56,694 nt of DNA from Candidatus Rokuibacteriota bacterium. Lineage in GTDB: Bacteria > Methylomirabilota > Methylomirabilia > Rokubacteriales > DASRDR01. This document shows, one piece after another, positions 48,430 to 56,694 of this stretch. Position 1 is the stretch's first letter; each line of letters starts with the position of its first letter. Made by a program: the position numbers and the translations under genes. The notes below the pieces were generated by a model. That model was not told where the DNA came from and ran no database searches. It worked only from the letters and a program-made list of their open reading frames with translations. The stretch spans positions 1 to 56,694 of the forward strand of contig JBIOTN010000088.1 in the NCBI GenBank assembly GCA_044866005.1, in the 5' to 3' direction.

Positions 48430-49853
48430 GCCGCCGCGCCGCCGCAGCCGCTGGTCTCGCGCTGACCGTGCTCGCGGTCACGCCGCTGGCCGGGCAGGGG
48501 CCGAAGCCGGACGACCCCCTCTACCGGAGCCGCGGCGCCTGGGGCCAGGCCTACGACGACCAGTGGGGGCTCAAGCGCGTGGGGTTCACGCCGCTCGGCG
48601 CCGGCACCTCGGCCTGGGAGATCGAGACCGGGGCCGGCCGGCCCGTGATCGTCGCCGTGATCGACACGGGGCTCGACTTCTTCCACCCGGACCTCCGCCC
48701 CGAGAACGTCTGGCGGAACGAGAAGGAGGAGCCGAACGGGAAGGACGACGACGGCGACGGCTACGTGGACGACCTGATCGGCTGGAACTTCGTGGGCCAC
48801 GACAACAACCCCTGGGACCAGGCCGGCCACGGCACCCACGTGGCCGGCATCATCGCCGCCGCGACCGACAACGGGGAAGGGATCGCCGGCATCAACCGGG
48901 GCGTCCGGATCATGCCGCTCAAGGTGATGAGCTTCCTCGGGCGCGGGCGGAGCACGGGGATCGCCGAGGCAGTCTACTACGCCGTCCGGCACGGGGCCCG
49001 CGTGATCAACCTGAGCCTGGGCGGGCCGGAGCTGTCGAAGATCGAGGAGCTCGCCATCGACTGGGCGTATCGCCAGGGGGCGGTGATCGTCGTGGCGGCC
49101 GGGAACGTCGCGCAGGATACCGCCGGACACGGCCCGGCCGGTCTCGCCAACGTGATCACGGTGGCGGCGAGCGACCCCGAGGACCGGCGACTAGGCTTCT
49201 CCAACTACGGCCAGGCGGTCAAGCTCGCCGCACCCGGCCTCGAGATCCTTTCGCTCCGCGCTCGGCGGACGGACTTCACCCTCGTCGCCGGCGTGAAGGG
49301 CTACCGGGCGGGGCAGGCCTTCGTCGGACCCGAGGCGCGCTACTATCGGGCGACCGGCACCTCGTTCGCCGCGCCGTTCGTCTCCGGCGTCGCCTCGCTG
49401 CTCCTCGCGAAGAACCCCGGTCTCACGAACGTCCAGGCCGAGCGGATGCTCCTCATGTCCGCCGACGACGTGGACGCGCCGGGGTGGGACCTCCACACCG
49501 GCGCCGGGCGGCTCAATGCGCTGAAGGCGCTGCGGGCCGACCCCGACTGGTACCTCCTGGCGCGCCTCCGGACGCTCCAGACCGCCCGCGACGGCGGCCG
49601 GGTCGTGGTCCAGGTCTTCGGGAGCGTCGAGGGCAGCCAGCTCGACGGCTACGTCCTGGAGCTCGGCCAGGGCGAGACGCCCGAGCGGTGGAAGCCGCTC
49701 GGCACCTACCGGCAGGCGCCGGGGCCCGGCGACCTGCTGGGCTCGATCCCGGCGAGCGAATTCACCGCGCGCGGTCTCTGGACCGTGCGCCTCATGGCGC
49801 GGGACCGAACGGGCGCGCAGCGCGAGGCCCGGCTCAGTCTCAATCTCCGGTGA
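48426..49853 (+). CDS. S8 subtilase lacking a propeptide, with C-terminal beta-sandwich
   Basis: VAVIDTG, HGTHVAG, AAGN, GTSFAAP; signal peptide directly followed by PDDPLY..QWGL. Confidence 0.92.
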   Translation: MSRRAAAAAGLALTVLAVTPLAGQGPKPDDPLYRSRGAWGQAYDDQWGLKRVGFTPLGAGTSAWEIETGAGRPVIVAVIDTGLDFFHPDLRPENVWRNEKEEPNGKDDDGDGYVDDLIGWNFVGHDNNPWDQAGHGTHVAGIIAAATDNGEGIAGINRGVRIMPLKVMSFLGRGRSTGIAEAVYYAVRHGARVINLSLGGPELSKIEELAIDWAYRQGAVIVVAAGNVAQDTAGHGPAGLANVITVAASDPEDRRLGFSNYGQAVKLAAPGLEILSLRARRTDFTLVAGVKGYRAGQAFVGPEARYYRATGTSFAAPFVSGVASLLLAKNPGLTNVQAERMLLMSADDVDAPGWDLHTGAGRLNALKALRADPDWYLLARLRTLQTARDGGRVVVQVFGSVEGSQLDGYVLELGQGETPERWKPLGTYRQAPGPGDLLGSIPASEFTARGLWTVRLMARDRTGAQREARLSLNLR

Positions 49854-49892
49854 TCCGGCGTCCCCCGAGAGCCTCGGGGGTGAGGAGGGAGC

Positions 49893-51005
49893 ATGCGGAA
49901 GACGGCGGCGGTGTTCGTGGCGGCGATCGCAGTGACGCTCGTCCCCCACCTGGCGTGGGGCGTGCTGAGAATCGAGGCGACGGGCGGCAGCGGGCCCATC
50001 GAGCTGCGCATCGAAGAGGCCGACGGCAACGTCCAGCACGTGACCACGGACGCGAGCGGCAGGGCGACGGTGACGACGAAGCCCGGCCCCGTCAAGGTCG
50101 AGGCCAAGGGCGACCACGTCGGCAAGCAGACCGTCGAGGTGCCCCCGACGGGTGATGCGAGCACCACCCTGCGGGTCAAGCCCCTCGCGGGCTGGATGGT
50201 CCAGAACCCCGGCGGCATCCCGGGCAACTTCGGCCTGGGCTTTCTCTTCGAATCCCTCTCCTGGGATCCCGAGATCACCCGGGACCGGCTGATCCTGATC
50301 AGCCCGTCCGGCGCCCGAGACGTCATCGACACCCCCCCGAGCGACTCCAACCGGCACGTCGACGTCGACGTGGACCTCAACGTGTATGCGCTCGACGTCC
50401 CGGTGTCGCTGACCAAGCTCGACCTCGGGTCCTTCGTCCTGTTCCTCGCCGCCTCGCTCCGGCTCGGCATGGGCGACATCGACGTCAAGGCGACGGACCG
50501 CGAGACCCGCGAGAAGACGACCTTCAGCGACAGCGACATGTTCCTCTTCGGCGGCGAGCTGGAGGCCCTCCTCGCGCCCTGCGGGACGTGCCCGTGGTTC
50601 GCGGCGCTGGCCTTCGGCGGCGAGACGAATTTCGGCAGCGACGTCGAACGCTCCCCCGGCCTGGGGATCCCGGGGGTGCGCGAAGACCTGACGCTGCACT
50701 ACCACCGCTGGCACGCCTCGGCGCGAGCCGGCCGGACGTTCCGGTTCAGCCGGCCCGTCACCCCCTATGCCGGCGTCGCGTGGGAAGAGAGGAACGTGGA
50801 ACTCGACGGCCGCGCAGTGGATGCCGCCACCGGCGCGGCGGTCGAGTTCCAGAACGACTTGAAGTCGGATGGTCTGCTCGGCTTCGTCGGAGTGGACGCG
50901 CAGATCTGGGATCCCGTCTTCGGCCGGCTCATGGTCAGCTTCGACGACGCGAACGTGTCGGTGCTGCTGAAGGTCGTCTATCTCTTCGGGGTAGGCGGAC
51001 GCTGA
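49893..51005 (+). CDS. Putative outer-membrane beta-barrel with N-terminal prealbumin/carboxypeptidase-regulatory-like domain
   Basis: Signal peptide; VTTDASGRA motif; amphipathic strands, VTPYAGV, terminal LKVVYLF. Confidence 0.65.
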   Translation: MRKTAAVFVAAIAVTLVPHLAWGVLRIEATGGSGPIELRIEEADGNVQHVTTDASGRATVTTKPGPVKVEAKGDHVGKQTVEVPPTGDASTTLRVKPLAGWMVQNPGGIPGNFGLGFLFESLSWDPEITRDRLILISPSGARDVIDTPPSDSNRHVDVDVDLNVYALDVPVSLTKLDLGSFVLFLAASLRLGMGDIDVKATDRETREKTTFSDSDMFLFGGELEALLAPCGTCPWFAALAFGGETNFGSDVERSPGLGIPGVREDLTLHYHRWHASARAGRTFRFSRPVTPYAGVAWEERNVELDGRAVDAATGAAVEFQNDLKSDGLLGFVGVDAQIWDPVFGRLMVSFDDANVSVLLKVVYLFGVGGR

Positions 51006-51030
51006 GACGGGTCGAGGCGGTAGCGGGGCT

Positions 51031-53634
51031 TCAGACCGGCACCGCGTCGACGACCTTGGTGAAGGCGAGCTCGTCGCCGTGGGCGTCCACGCGCACGGTG
51101 TCGCCCTCGGCGAACTCGCCCTCCAGGAGCTTGAGCGCCAGCGCGTCCTGGACCCGCCGCTGGATCGTCCGCTTGAGGGGGCGCGCCCCGTAGACCGGGT
51201 CGAACCCTTCCCGGGCGAGGACCGCCTTCGCCGCGTCCGTGAGCTCGAGCGCGATCCGCTTCTGGGCGAGGCGCTTTCGCAGATAGCTCGCCTGGATCTC
51301 GACGATCCGGGCGATCTCGTCCTCGCCGAGGCTCTTGAAGACGATCACCTCGTCGATCCGGTTGAGGAACTCGGGCCGGAGGTGGTTGCGCAGCTCCTCC
51401 ATCACCAGCGTCCGCACCTTCTCGGGGTCCGTGACCTCGCGGTAGTAGTGGCTCCCGATGTTCGAGGTCATGATCACGACCGTGTTCCGGAAGTCCACCG
51501 TCCGGCCGTGGCCGTCGGTGAGCCGGCCGTCGTCGAGGAGCTGGAGGAGGACGTTCCAGACGTCGGGATGGGCCTTCTCCACCTCGTCGAAGAGGACCAC
51601 GGAGTACGGCCGGCGGCGGATCGCCTCGGTGAGCTGGCCGCCCTCCTCGAAGCCCACGTAGCCCGGGGGCGCGCCGATGAGCCGCGCCACGGTGTGCTTC
51701 TCCATGTACTCGGACATGTCGAGCCGCACCATGGCGCGCTCGTCGTCGAAGAGGAACTCGGCCAGCGCCCGCGCCAGCTCGGTCTTCCCCACCCCGGTCG
51801 GGCCGAGGAAGAGGAACGAGCCGATCGGCCGGTTGGGGTCGGCGAGCCCGGAGCGCGCCCGGCGCACCGCATTCGAGACCGCCCGGAGCGCCGCCTCCTG
51901 GCCCACCACCCGCCGCGCCAGGCGCTCCTCCATGGACACGAGCTTCTGGACCTCGCCCTCCAGGAGGCGGGTGACCGGGACGCCGGTCCACTTGGCGACC
52001 ACCTCGGCCACGTCCTCCTCGTCCACCTCCTCCTTGAGCAGGCGGCCGCGCTGCTGGGACTCGGCCAGGCGCCCGTTCTCCTCGTCGAGCCGCCGCTCGA
52101 GCTGGTGGAGCGTGCCGTAGCGGAGCTCGGCCGCGCGGTTGAGGTCGCCCCGGCGCTCGGCGTCCGCCATGGCGGTCCGGGCCGCGTCGATCTCCTCCTT
52201 GACCTTGCGGATGCGCCCGATGGCCTCCTTCTCCGCCTGCCACCGCGTCTTGAGGGCCGCGGAGCGCTCCTTGAGCTCGGCCAGCTCGCGGTCGAGCCGC
52301 TCCAGCCGCTCGCGCGAGGGCTCGTCCGTCTCCTTCGCCAGCGACACCCGCTCGATCTCGAGCTGCATGATCCGGCGCTCGATCTCGTCGAGCTCGGCCG
52401 GCATCGAATCGATCTCGATCCGGAGGCGCGAGGCCGCCTCGTCCATGAGGTCGATCGCCTTGTCGGGGAGGAACCGGTCGGCGATGTAGCGGTGGGAGAG
52501 CACGGCGGCGGCGACGAGCGCCGAGTCCTTGATCTTCACGCCGTGGTGGACCTCGTACTTCTCCTTGAGCCCGCGGAGGATGGCGATGGTGTCCTCGACG
52601 GACGGCTCCTTCACGAAGATCGGCTGGAAGCGCCGCTCCAGCGCGGCGTCCTTCTCCACGTGCTTGCGGTACTCGTCGAGCGTCGTGGCGCCGATGCACC
52701 GGAGCTCGCCCCGCGCCAGCGCGGGCTTGAGCATGTTGGCCGCGTCCACGGCGCCTTCCGCGGCCCCCGCCCCCACGAGCGTGTGGAGCTCGTCGATGAA
52801 GCAGACGATCTCGCCCTGGGCCTCGGCGATCTCGCGAAGCAGCGCCTTGAGGCGGTCCTCGAACTCCCCGCGGTACTTCGTGCCCGCCACGAGCGCGCCC
52901 AGGTCGAGGGCCACGAGCCGCTTGCCCTTGAGCCCCTCGGGGACGTCGCCGGCCACGATCCGCTGGGCGAGCCCTTCCACGATGGCGGTCTTGCCCACCC
53001 CCGGCTCCCCGATCAGGACGGGGTTGTTCTTCGTCCGGCGGGAGAGGACCTGGATGACGCGGCGGACCTCCTCGTCGCGCCCGATGACCGGGTCGAGCTT
53101 CCCCTTGCGGGCGAGCTCTGTCAGGTCGCGGCTGTAGCGCTCGAGGGCCTGGTATTTTTCCTCCGGGTTGGGGTCGGTCACGCGCTGGGACCCGCGCACC
53201 TCGAGCAGGGCGCGGTAGATCCCGTCCGGCGTCACGCCGGCCTGGCGGAGGATGCGGGCGGCCGCTCCGTCCTTCTCCTGCGCCAGGGCGACGAGCAGGT
53301 GCTCCGTCGAGCAGTACTCGTCCTTGAGCCGCTCGGCCTCCGCCCAGGCCGCGTCGAGCACCGCCTTGAGCCGCGGCCCGACGTACTGGCCGGCGGCGCC
53401 CGTGACCTTGGGGAGCCGGCGCACCTCGCCCTCGGCCTGCCGGCGGATCGCGTCCGGCCGGGCGCCGAGCTTGGCCAGGAGCGGCCCGACGATCCCGTCC
53501 TGCTGCTGGACGAGGGCCACGAGCAGGTGCTCGGGCTCGATCTGCTGGTGGCTCTCGCTGTCCGCCAGGCTCTGGGCGGCCTGGACAGCCTCCTGGGCCT
53601 TGATCGTCAGCTTGTCGAAGCGAAAGGCCGCCAT
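51031..53634 (-). CDS. clpB: ATP-dependent chaperone ClpB
   Basis: Two AAA modules ([16 protein letters not shown]), M-domain AAELRYG; ATG 53634 after GGAGG. Confidence 0.97.
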   Translation of the reverse strand: MAAFRFDKLTIKAQEAVQAAQSLADSESHQQIEPEHLLVALVQQQDGIVGPLLAKLGARPDAIRRQAEGEVRRLPKVTGAAGQYVGPRLKAVLDAAWAEAERLKDEYCSTEHLLVALAQEKDGAAARILRQAGVTPDGIYRALLEVRGSQRVTDPNPEEKYQALERYSRDLTELARKGKLDPVIGRDEEVRRVIQVLSRRTKNNPVLIGEPGVGKTAIVEGLAQRIVAGDVPEGLKGKRLVALDLGALVAGTKYRGEFEDRLKALLREIAEAQGEIVCFIDELHTLVGAGAAEGAVDAANMLKPALARGELRCIGATTLDEYRKHVEKDAALERRFQPIFVKEPSVEDTIAILRGLKEKYEVHHGVKIKDSALVAAAVLSHRYIADRFLPDKAIDLMDEAASRLRIEIDSMPAELDEIERRIMQLEIERVSLAKETDEPSRERLERLDRELAELKERSAALKTRWQAEKEAIGRIRKVKEEIDAARTAMADAERRGDLNRAAELRYGTLHQLERRLDEENGRLAESQQRGRLLKEEVDEEDVAEVVAKWTGVPVTRLLEGEVQKLVSMEERLARRVVGQEAALRAVSNAVRRARSGLADPNRPIGSFLFLGPTGVGKTELARALAEFLFDDERAMVRLDMSEYMEKHTVARLIGAPPGYVGFEEGGQLTEAIRRRPYSVVLFDEVEKAHPDVWNVLLQLLDDGRLTDGHGRTVDFRNTVVIMTSNIGSHYYREVTDPEKVRTLVMEELRNHLRPEFLNRIDEVIVFKSLGEDEIARIVEIQASYLRKRLAQKRIALELTDAAKAVLAREGFDPVYGARPLKRTIQRRVQDALALKLLEGEFAEGDTVRVDAHGDELAFTKVVDAVPV

Positions 53635-53698
53635 GCGAGGGACGCCTCCTCGAGAAGGCACGTTGATCCCGCGGGGTTGCCCGGCGGGATCCATCTAG

Positions 53699-53727
53699 AG
53701 TGTAGCGGCCGGGTGAAGGGCTGTCAA
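53699..53727 (-). promoter_or_regulatory. sigma70 promoter of clpB
   Basis: TTGACA-N17-TACACT. Confidence 0.8.
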
Positions 53728-53920
53728 AGCGTCAGCTACCGAACTCAGGCTACTGAATAGCGGCGGTCAGCCGGCCCCGGCTGACGCTCGACCCGGTCGG
53801 TCGCCTCTTCGTGTGGCTCAGAGACGGGGGCGCCCCGCCTGCCGTGCCTGTCCCGCGCGATGACGCGCGAGACACGCCGGGGGCGGGGCGCCGCCCTGGG
53901 TCTCGCTTGGGTACCGCTTA

Positions 53921-54565
53921 CTACTGGGTCTTGGGCTGTTCCGGGGTGCTCGAGCTCGGCGCTGCGCCACTGGGAGCCTTGCTCCCGCTCGGCGCGGGGG
54001 TCTTCGCGCCCGCGGCCGGAGCCTTGGCGCCGCTCGAGGCGCCCGTCTTGGCCCCGGCCCCGGCGGCGGCTGCCGGCCGCATGGAGAGCTGGATCTCGAC
54101 GCGATCGCCTTCCTTCACGCCCTTCAAAGCGGCGGGCGGGAAGTGCAGGTCGAGCTCGCCCTCGTCGGTCTTCAGGGTCACCATGCCCTTGGCTTCGTCG
54201 ATCTTGGTGACCTCTCCGACCATCTTGTGCGAGCCGCGCATCGCCGTGCCCGCGGCCTTGGGCGCGGCCTTGCTGCCCGCGGCGCTCTTGTCGGTGGTCC
54301 CGGTGGTCCCGGCCTTGCCGGTCTTGCCCGTGTCGGCCCCGGTCCCGGTATTGCCGCTCAGCGGGTTCGGGGACTTCGAAGGCTCGCCCTGCGAGCCGGA
54401 CGGGCTCGTCGTCATGGGCGACTTGCTCGTATCGGTCGCGGGCCGCTCGGGGCTAGCCGGACTACTGCTCGGCGGCGCCGGCTGCGTCGTCCCCTGCGCG
54501 AGCGCGGCGCCCGCGAGACCCAGGGTGAACGCGACGGCGACGAACAGGGCAAACACCTGTCGCAT
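53921..54565 (-). CDS. Secreted low-complexity protein with small OB-like domain
   Basis: Signal peptide; S/T/G/P/K-rich flanks around GEVTKIDEAKGMVTLKT..VKEGDRVEI; RBS AGGAGG. Confidence 0.75.
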   Translation of the reverse strand: MRQVFALFVAVAFTLGLAGAALAQGTTQPAPPSSSPASPERPATDTSKSPMTTSPSGSQGEPSKSPNPLSGNTGTGADTGKTGKAGTTGTTDKSAAGSKAAPKAAGTAMRGSHKMVGEVTKIDEAKGMVTLKTDEGELDLHFPPAALKGVKEGDRVEIQLSMRPAAAAGAGAKTGASSGAKAPAAGAKTPAPSGSKAPSGAAPSSSTPEQPKTQ

Positions 54566-54624
54566 ACCTCGCACCTCCTGTTGTGCTGGTGGCCCTCGGG
54601 GGAAATGAACGCTAATGAAGGCCA

Positions 54625-54640
54625 AGCAAGAGCGATGCCG
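54625..54640 (-). promoter_or_regulatory. sigma54 promoter
   Basis: CGGCATCGCTCTTGCT followed by an AT-richer leader. Confidence 0.65.
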
Positions 54641-54779
54641 CGAGGCGTCTCGTGGAAGTCCGCGTCCGGTCAGCCCTGAGGCGCCTCATGGGGACGCGAA
54701 ATGAAGGGTGTCTCAGCCTGGACGATGAAAAATGTTCAAACCTGTCGACGGCCCGTAGGCGCGCCGCCGGGCCCGAGCG

Positions 54780-55841
54780 TCAGCGGGAGTCGCGCGGGGG
54801 GGCCGGCCGCAGCCGGCGGAGCTCTTCGAACAGCTCCCGCTCGCGGGGGGTGAGGCCCGTCGGGGTCACCACCTTGAGGCGGACGAACTGGTCGCCCTGG
54901 CCGCCTCCCCGCAGCCGGGGCACGCCGTAGCCGGGCAGGCGGAAGGTCTTGCCGCTGGACGTCTCCGGCGGCACCTTCATGGTGACCTTGCCGCGCAGCG
55001 TCGGGACCTCGATCTCGGTGCCGAGCGCCGCCTCCCAGACCGCGACCGGCAGCTCGACGTGGAGGTCGTCACCGCGCCGCTCGAAGACCGGGTGAGGCGC
55101 CACCCGCACCTGCAGGTAGAGGTCTCCCCGGGGTCCGCCGCCGGCGCCCACGCCGCCCTCGCCGGCCGCTCGGACGCGGGAGCCATCACGCACCCCGGGC
55201 GGAATCTTCACCTCGACGCGGTGGGCGCGCGCCCGCTCGCCCGCGCCATGGCACGTCGGGCAGGTGGTGTCGCCCTGCTGCCCGGTGCCGCCGCAGGTCG
55301 GGCAGGGCTCGGGGAGCTCGAGCTCGATGGTCCGGCGGGTCCCCTGAGCGGCCTCCTCCAGGCTGATCTCGATCGGGGCCTGCAGGTCCTCGCCGCGGCG
55401 CACGAAGCGCGGGCCCCGCCCGAACGGGCCGCCCCGGGCGCCGCCCGGCTCGACGTCCTCGAAGTCCTCGAACGGCCGGCCCCGCGCCCCGAGGTCGCCG
55501 AAGATCGTCCGGAAGAACTCGGAAAAGTCGCCCAGGTCGCCGTGCTGGACGTGGACCCGGAAGTCCCCCGCCCCGCCTCGGCCGGGCCCCGGGCCCGCTC
55601 CCTCGGCGTACCGCTGCCAGTCCGGCCCGAGGGCATCGTAGCGGCGCCGCTTGTCCGGGTCGGAGAGGACCTCGTAGGCCTCGTTGGCCTCCTTGAAGCG
55701 CTCGGCGGCGGCCTTGTTCCCGGGGTTGATGTCGGGGTGGTGCTTGCGCGCCAGCCGGCGGTACGCTTGCTTGAGCGCCTTCGCGTCCGCCGTCTTCTCG
55801 ACGCCGAGGATCTTGTAGTAGTCCTTGTAGGCGACGGCCAT
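54780..55841 (-). CDS. DnaJ-class co-chaperone (CbpA-like, half zinc finger)
   Basis: KDYY..HPD, DFSEFF, only two CxxCxGxG motifs, DnaJ C-terminal domain. Confidence 0.9.
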   Translation of the reverse strand: MAVAYKDYYKILGVEKTADAKALKQAYRRLARKHHPDINPGNKAAAERFKEANEAYEVLSDPDKRRRYDALGPDWQRYAEGAGPGPGRGGAGDFRVHVQHGDLGDFSEFFRTIFGDLGARGRPFEDFEDVEPGGARGGPFGRGPRFVRRGEDLQAPIEISLEEAAQGTRRTIELELPEPCPTCGGTGQQGDTTCPTCHGAGERARAHRVEVKIPPGVRDGSRVRAAGEGGVGAGGGPRGDLYLQVRVAPHPVFERRGDDLHVELPVAVWEAALGTEIEVPTLRGKVTMKVPPETSSGKTFRLPGYGVPRLRGGGQGDQFVRLKVVTPTGLTPRERELFEELRRLRPAPPRDSR

Positions 55842-55876
55842 CGGATCTCACCGGGCGTGGAGCCGCCCTACTCCGG

Positions 55877-55885
55877 ATTGTAGCA
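55877..55885 (-). promoter_or_regulatory. Extended -10 promoter of DnaJ-class gene
   Basis: TGcTACAAT. Confidence 0.5.
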
Positions 55886-55910
55886 AATCGGCCCGCTCCG
55901 GCCCGCCTTC

Positions 55911-55926
55911 CGGCACGGAAGTTGCT
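55911..55926 (+). promoter_or_regulatory. sigma54 promoter of SRPBCC gene
   Basis: CGGCACGGAAGTTGCT. Confidence 0.65.
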
Positions 55927-55970
55927 GCCTGACTGCGCGGTAAGGCCCGAGCCGGAAGAAGGAGGAGAGG

Positions 55971-56453
55971 ATGGCGACCATCGAGCGTTCGATCGACGTG
56001 GAGGTGCCGATCCGGACCGCCTACAACCAGTGGACGCAGTTCGAGGACTTCCCGAAGTTCATGGAAGGCGTCAAGGAGGTCCGGCAGCTCGACGACAAGC
56101 GACTCTCCTGGCGCGCGACCGTGGGCGGGAAGGAGAAGACCTGGGAGGCCGAGATCACCGAGCAGATCCCCGACGACCGCATCGCCTGGCGGAGCCGCGC
56201 CGGCGCGCCCAACGCGGGCGTCGTGACCTTCCACCGTCTCGCGGACCAGCGGACGCGCATCATGCTCCAGCTCGAGTACACGCCCGAGGGCGCGGTGGAG
56301 AGCGTCGGCGACGCCGTCGGGGTGGTCTCCGCGCGCGTCCATGGCGACCTGGAGCGCTTCAAGCAGTTCATCGAGGAGCGGGGACGGGAGACCGGCGCCT
56401 GGCGCGGCGAGATCCCGCGAAAGGACGACGCCGCCACCCGCCGCGCCTCCTAG
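55971..56453 (+). CDS. SRPBCC/polyketide cyclase family protein
   Basis: AYNQWTQFEDFPKFM, WEAEITEQ..RIAW, DLERFK.FIE.RG.ETGAWRG. Confidence 0.9.
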   Translation: MATIERSIDVEVPIRTAYNQWTQFEDFPKFMEGVKEVRQLDDKRLSWRATVGGKEKTWEAEITEQIPDDRIAWRSRAGAPNAGVVTFHRLADQRTRIMLQLEYTPEGAVESVGDAVGVVSARVHGDLERFKQFIEERGRETGAWRGEIPRKDDAATRRAS

Positions 56454-56454
56454 C

Positions 56455-56529
56455 ATCTTCGGGGGGTCTCGGAAGACCCCCCCGATGCCCCCCTTCGGTT
56501 GCGGCGGCACCGCCGCCGCTCGGAGCGCT
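56455..56529 (+). repeat. Repeat family A copy
   Basis: ttcggggggtctcggaagacccccccgatgcccccc-ttcggttgcggcggc..gccgccgctcggagcgct. Confidence 0.8.
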
Positions 56530-56694
56530 GCCCGACGGGGCGCGCGCTCGGGGCGAGCTCCCGAGTTACTCCGACAGGGTCCTAAGGCCCGGCCGGTCCG
56601 GCCGGCGGTAGCCCCCCCGGCCCGGAGGTCCCCGCTCTCCAGCGGAGGTTCGGCTGGCGGGCCGCGAGGGTCTGGTCGAGCCGCCGGACGGGCG

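Overview
Very GC-rich (visually >70%) chromosome segment from a diderm bacterium (lpxC present). The gene content and G/C-run intergenic repeats resemble Candidatus Rokubacteria/Methylomirabilota, but this is inference only. The left third (1-24 kb) is mostly housekeeping on the minus strand: NtrY-like kinase, DUF4390, lpxC, archease, rsmE, prmA, dnaJ, grpE, hrcA (no dnaK), hemW, lepB, lepA, a nucleotide-sugar cluster, an amidohydrolase and an MFS transporter. Three loci stand out. (1) 41.9-51.0 kb: a LuxR-family regulator divergent from a four-gene operon of exported proteins. These are a signal-peptide RHS/YD protein carrying a subtilase-propeptide-like segment, a tiny secreted YD protein, a subtilase with no propeptide, and an outer-membrane beta-barrel. 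There are twin palindromic operators and no T6SS or immunity gene. (2) 31.7-33.7 kb: a peptidoglycan amidase abutting a MamK-like actin, with no other magnetosome genes. (3) 25.3-27.5 kb: a REC + MshEN + PilB-N-terminal + PilU ATPase chimera beside a duplicated receiver and an internally deleted kinase. Also seen: five sigma54 promoter motifs, several leaderless-type starts, a candidate clpB RNA thermometer and three dispersed structured repeat families. No rRNA, tRNA, CRISPR array, integrase or transposase was recognised. All family calls come from motif reading, not database searches.
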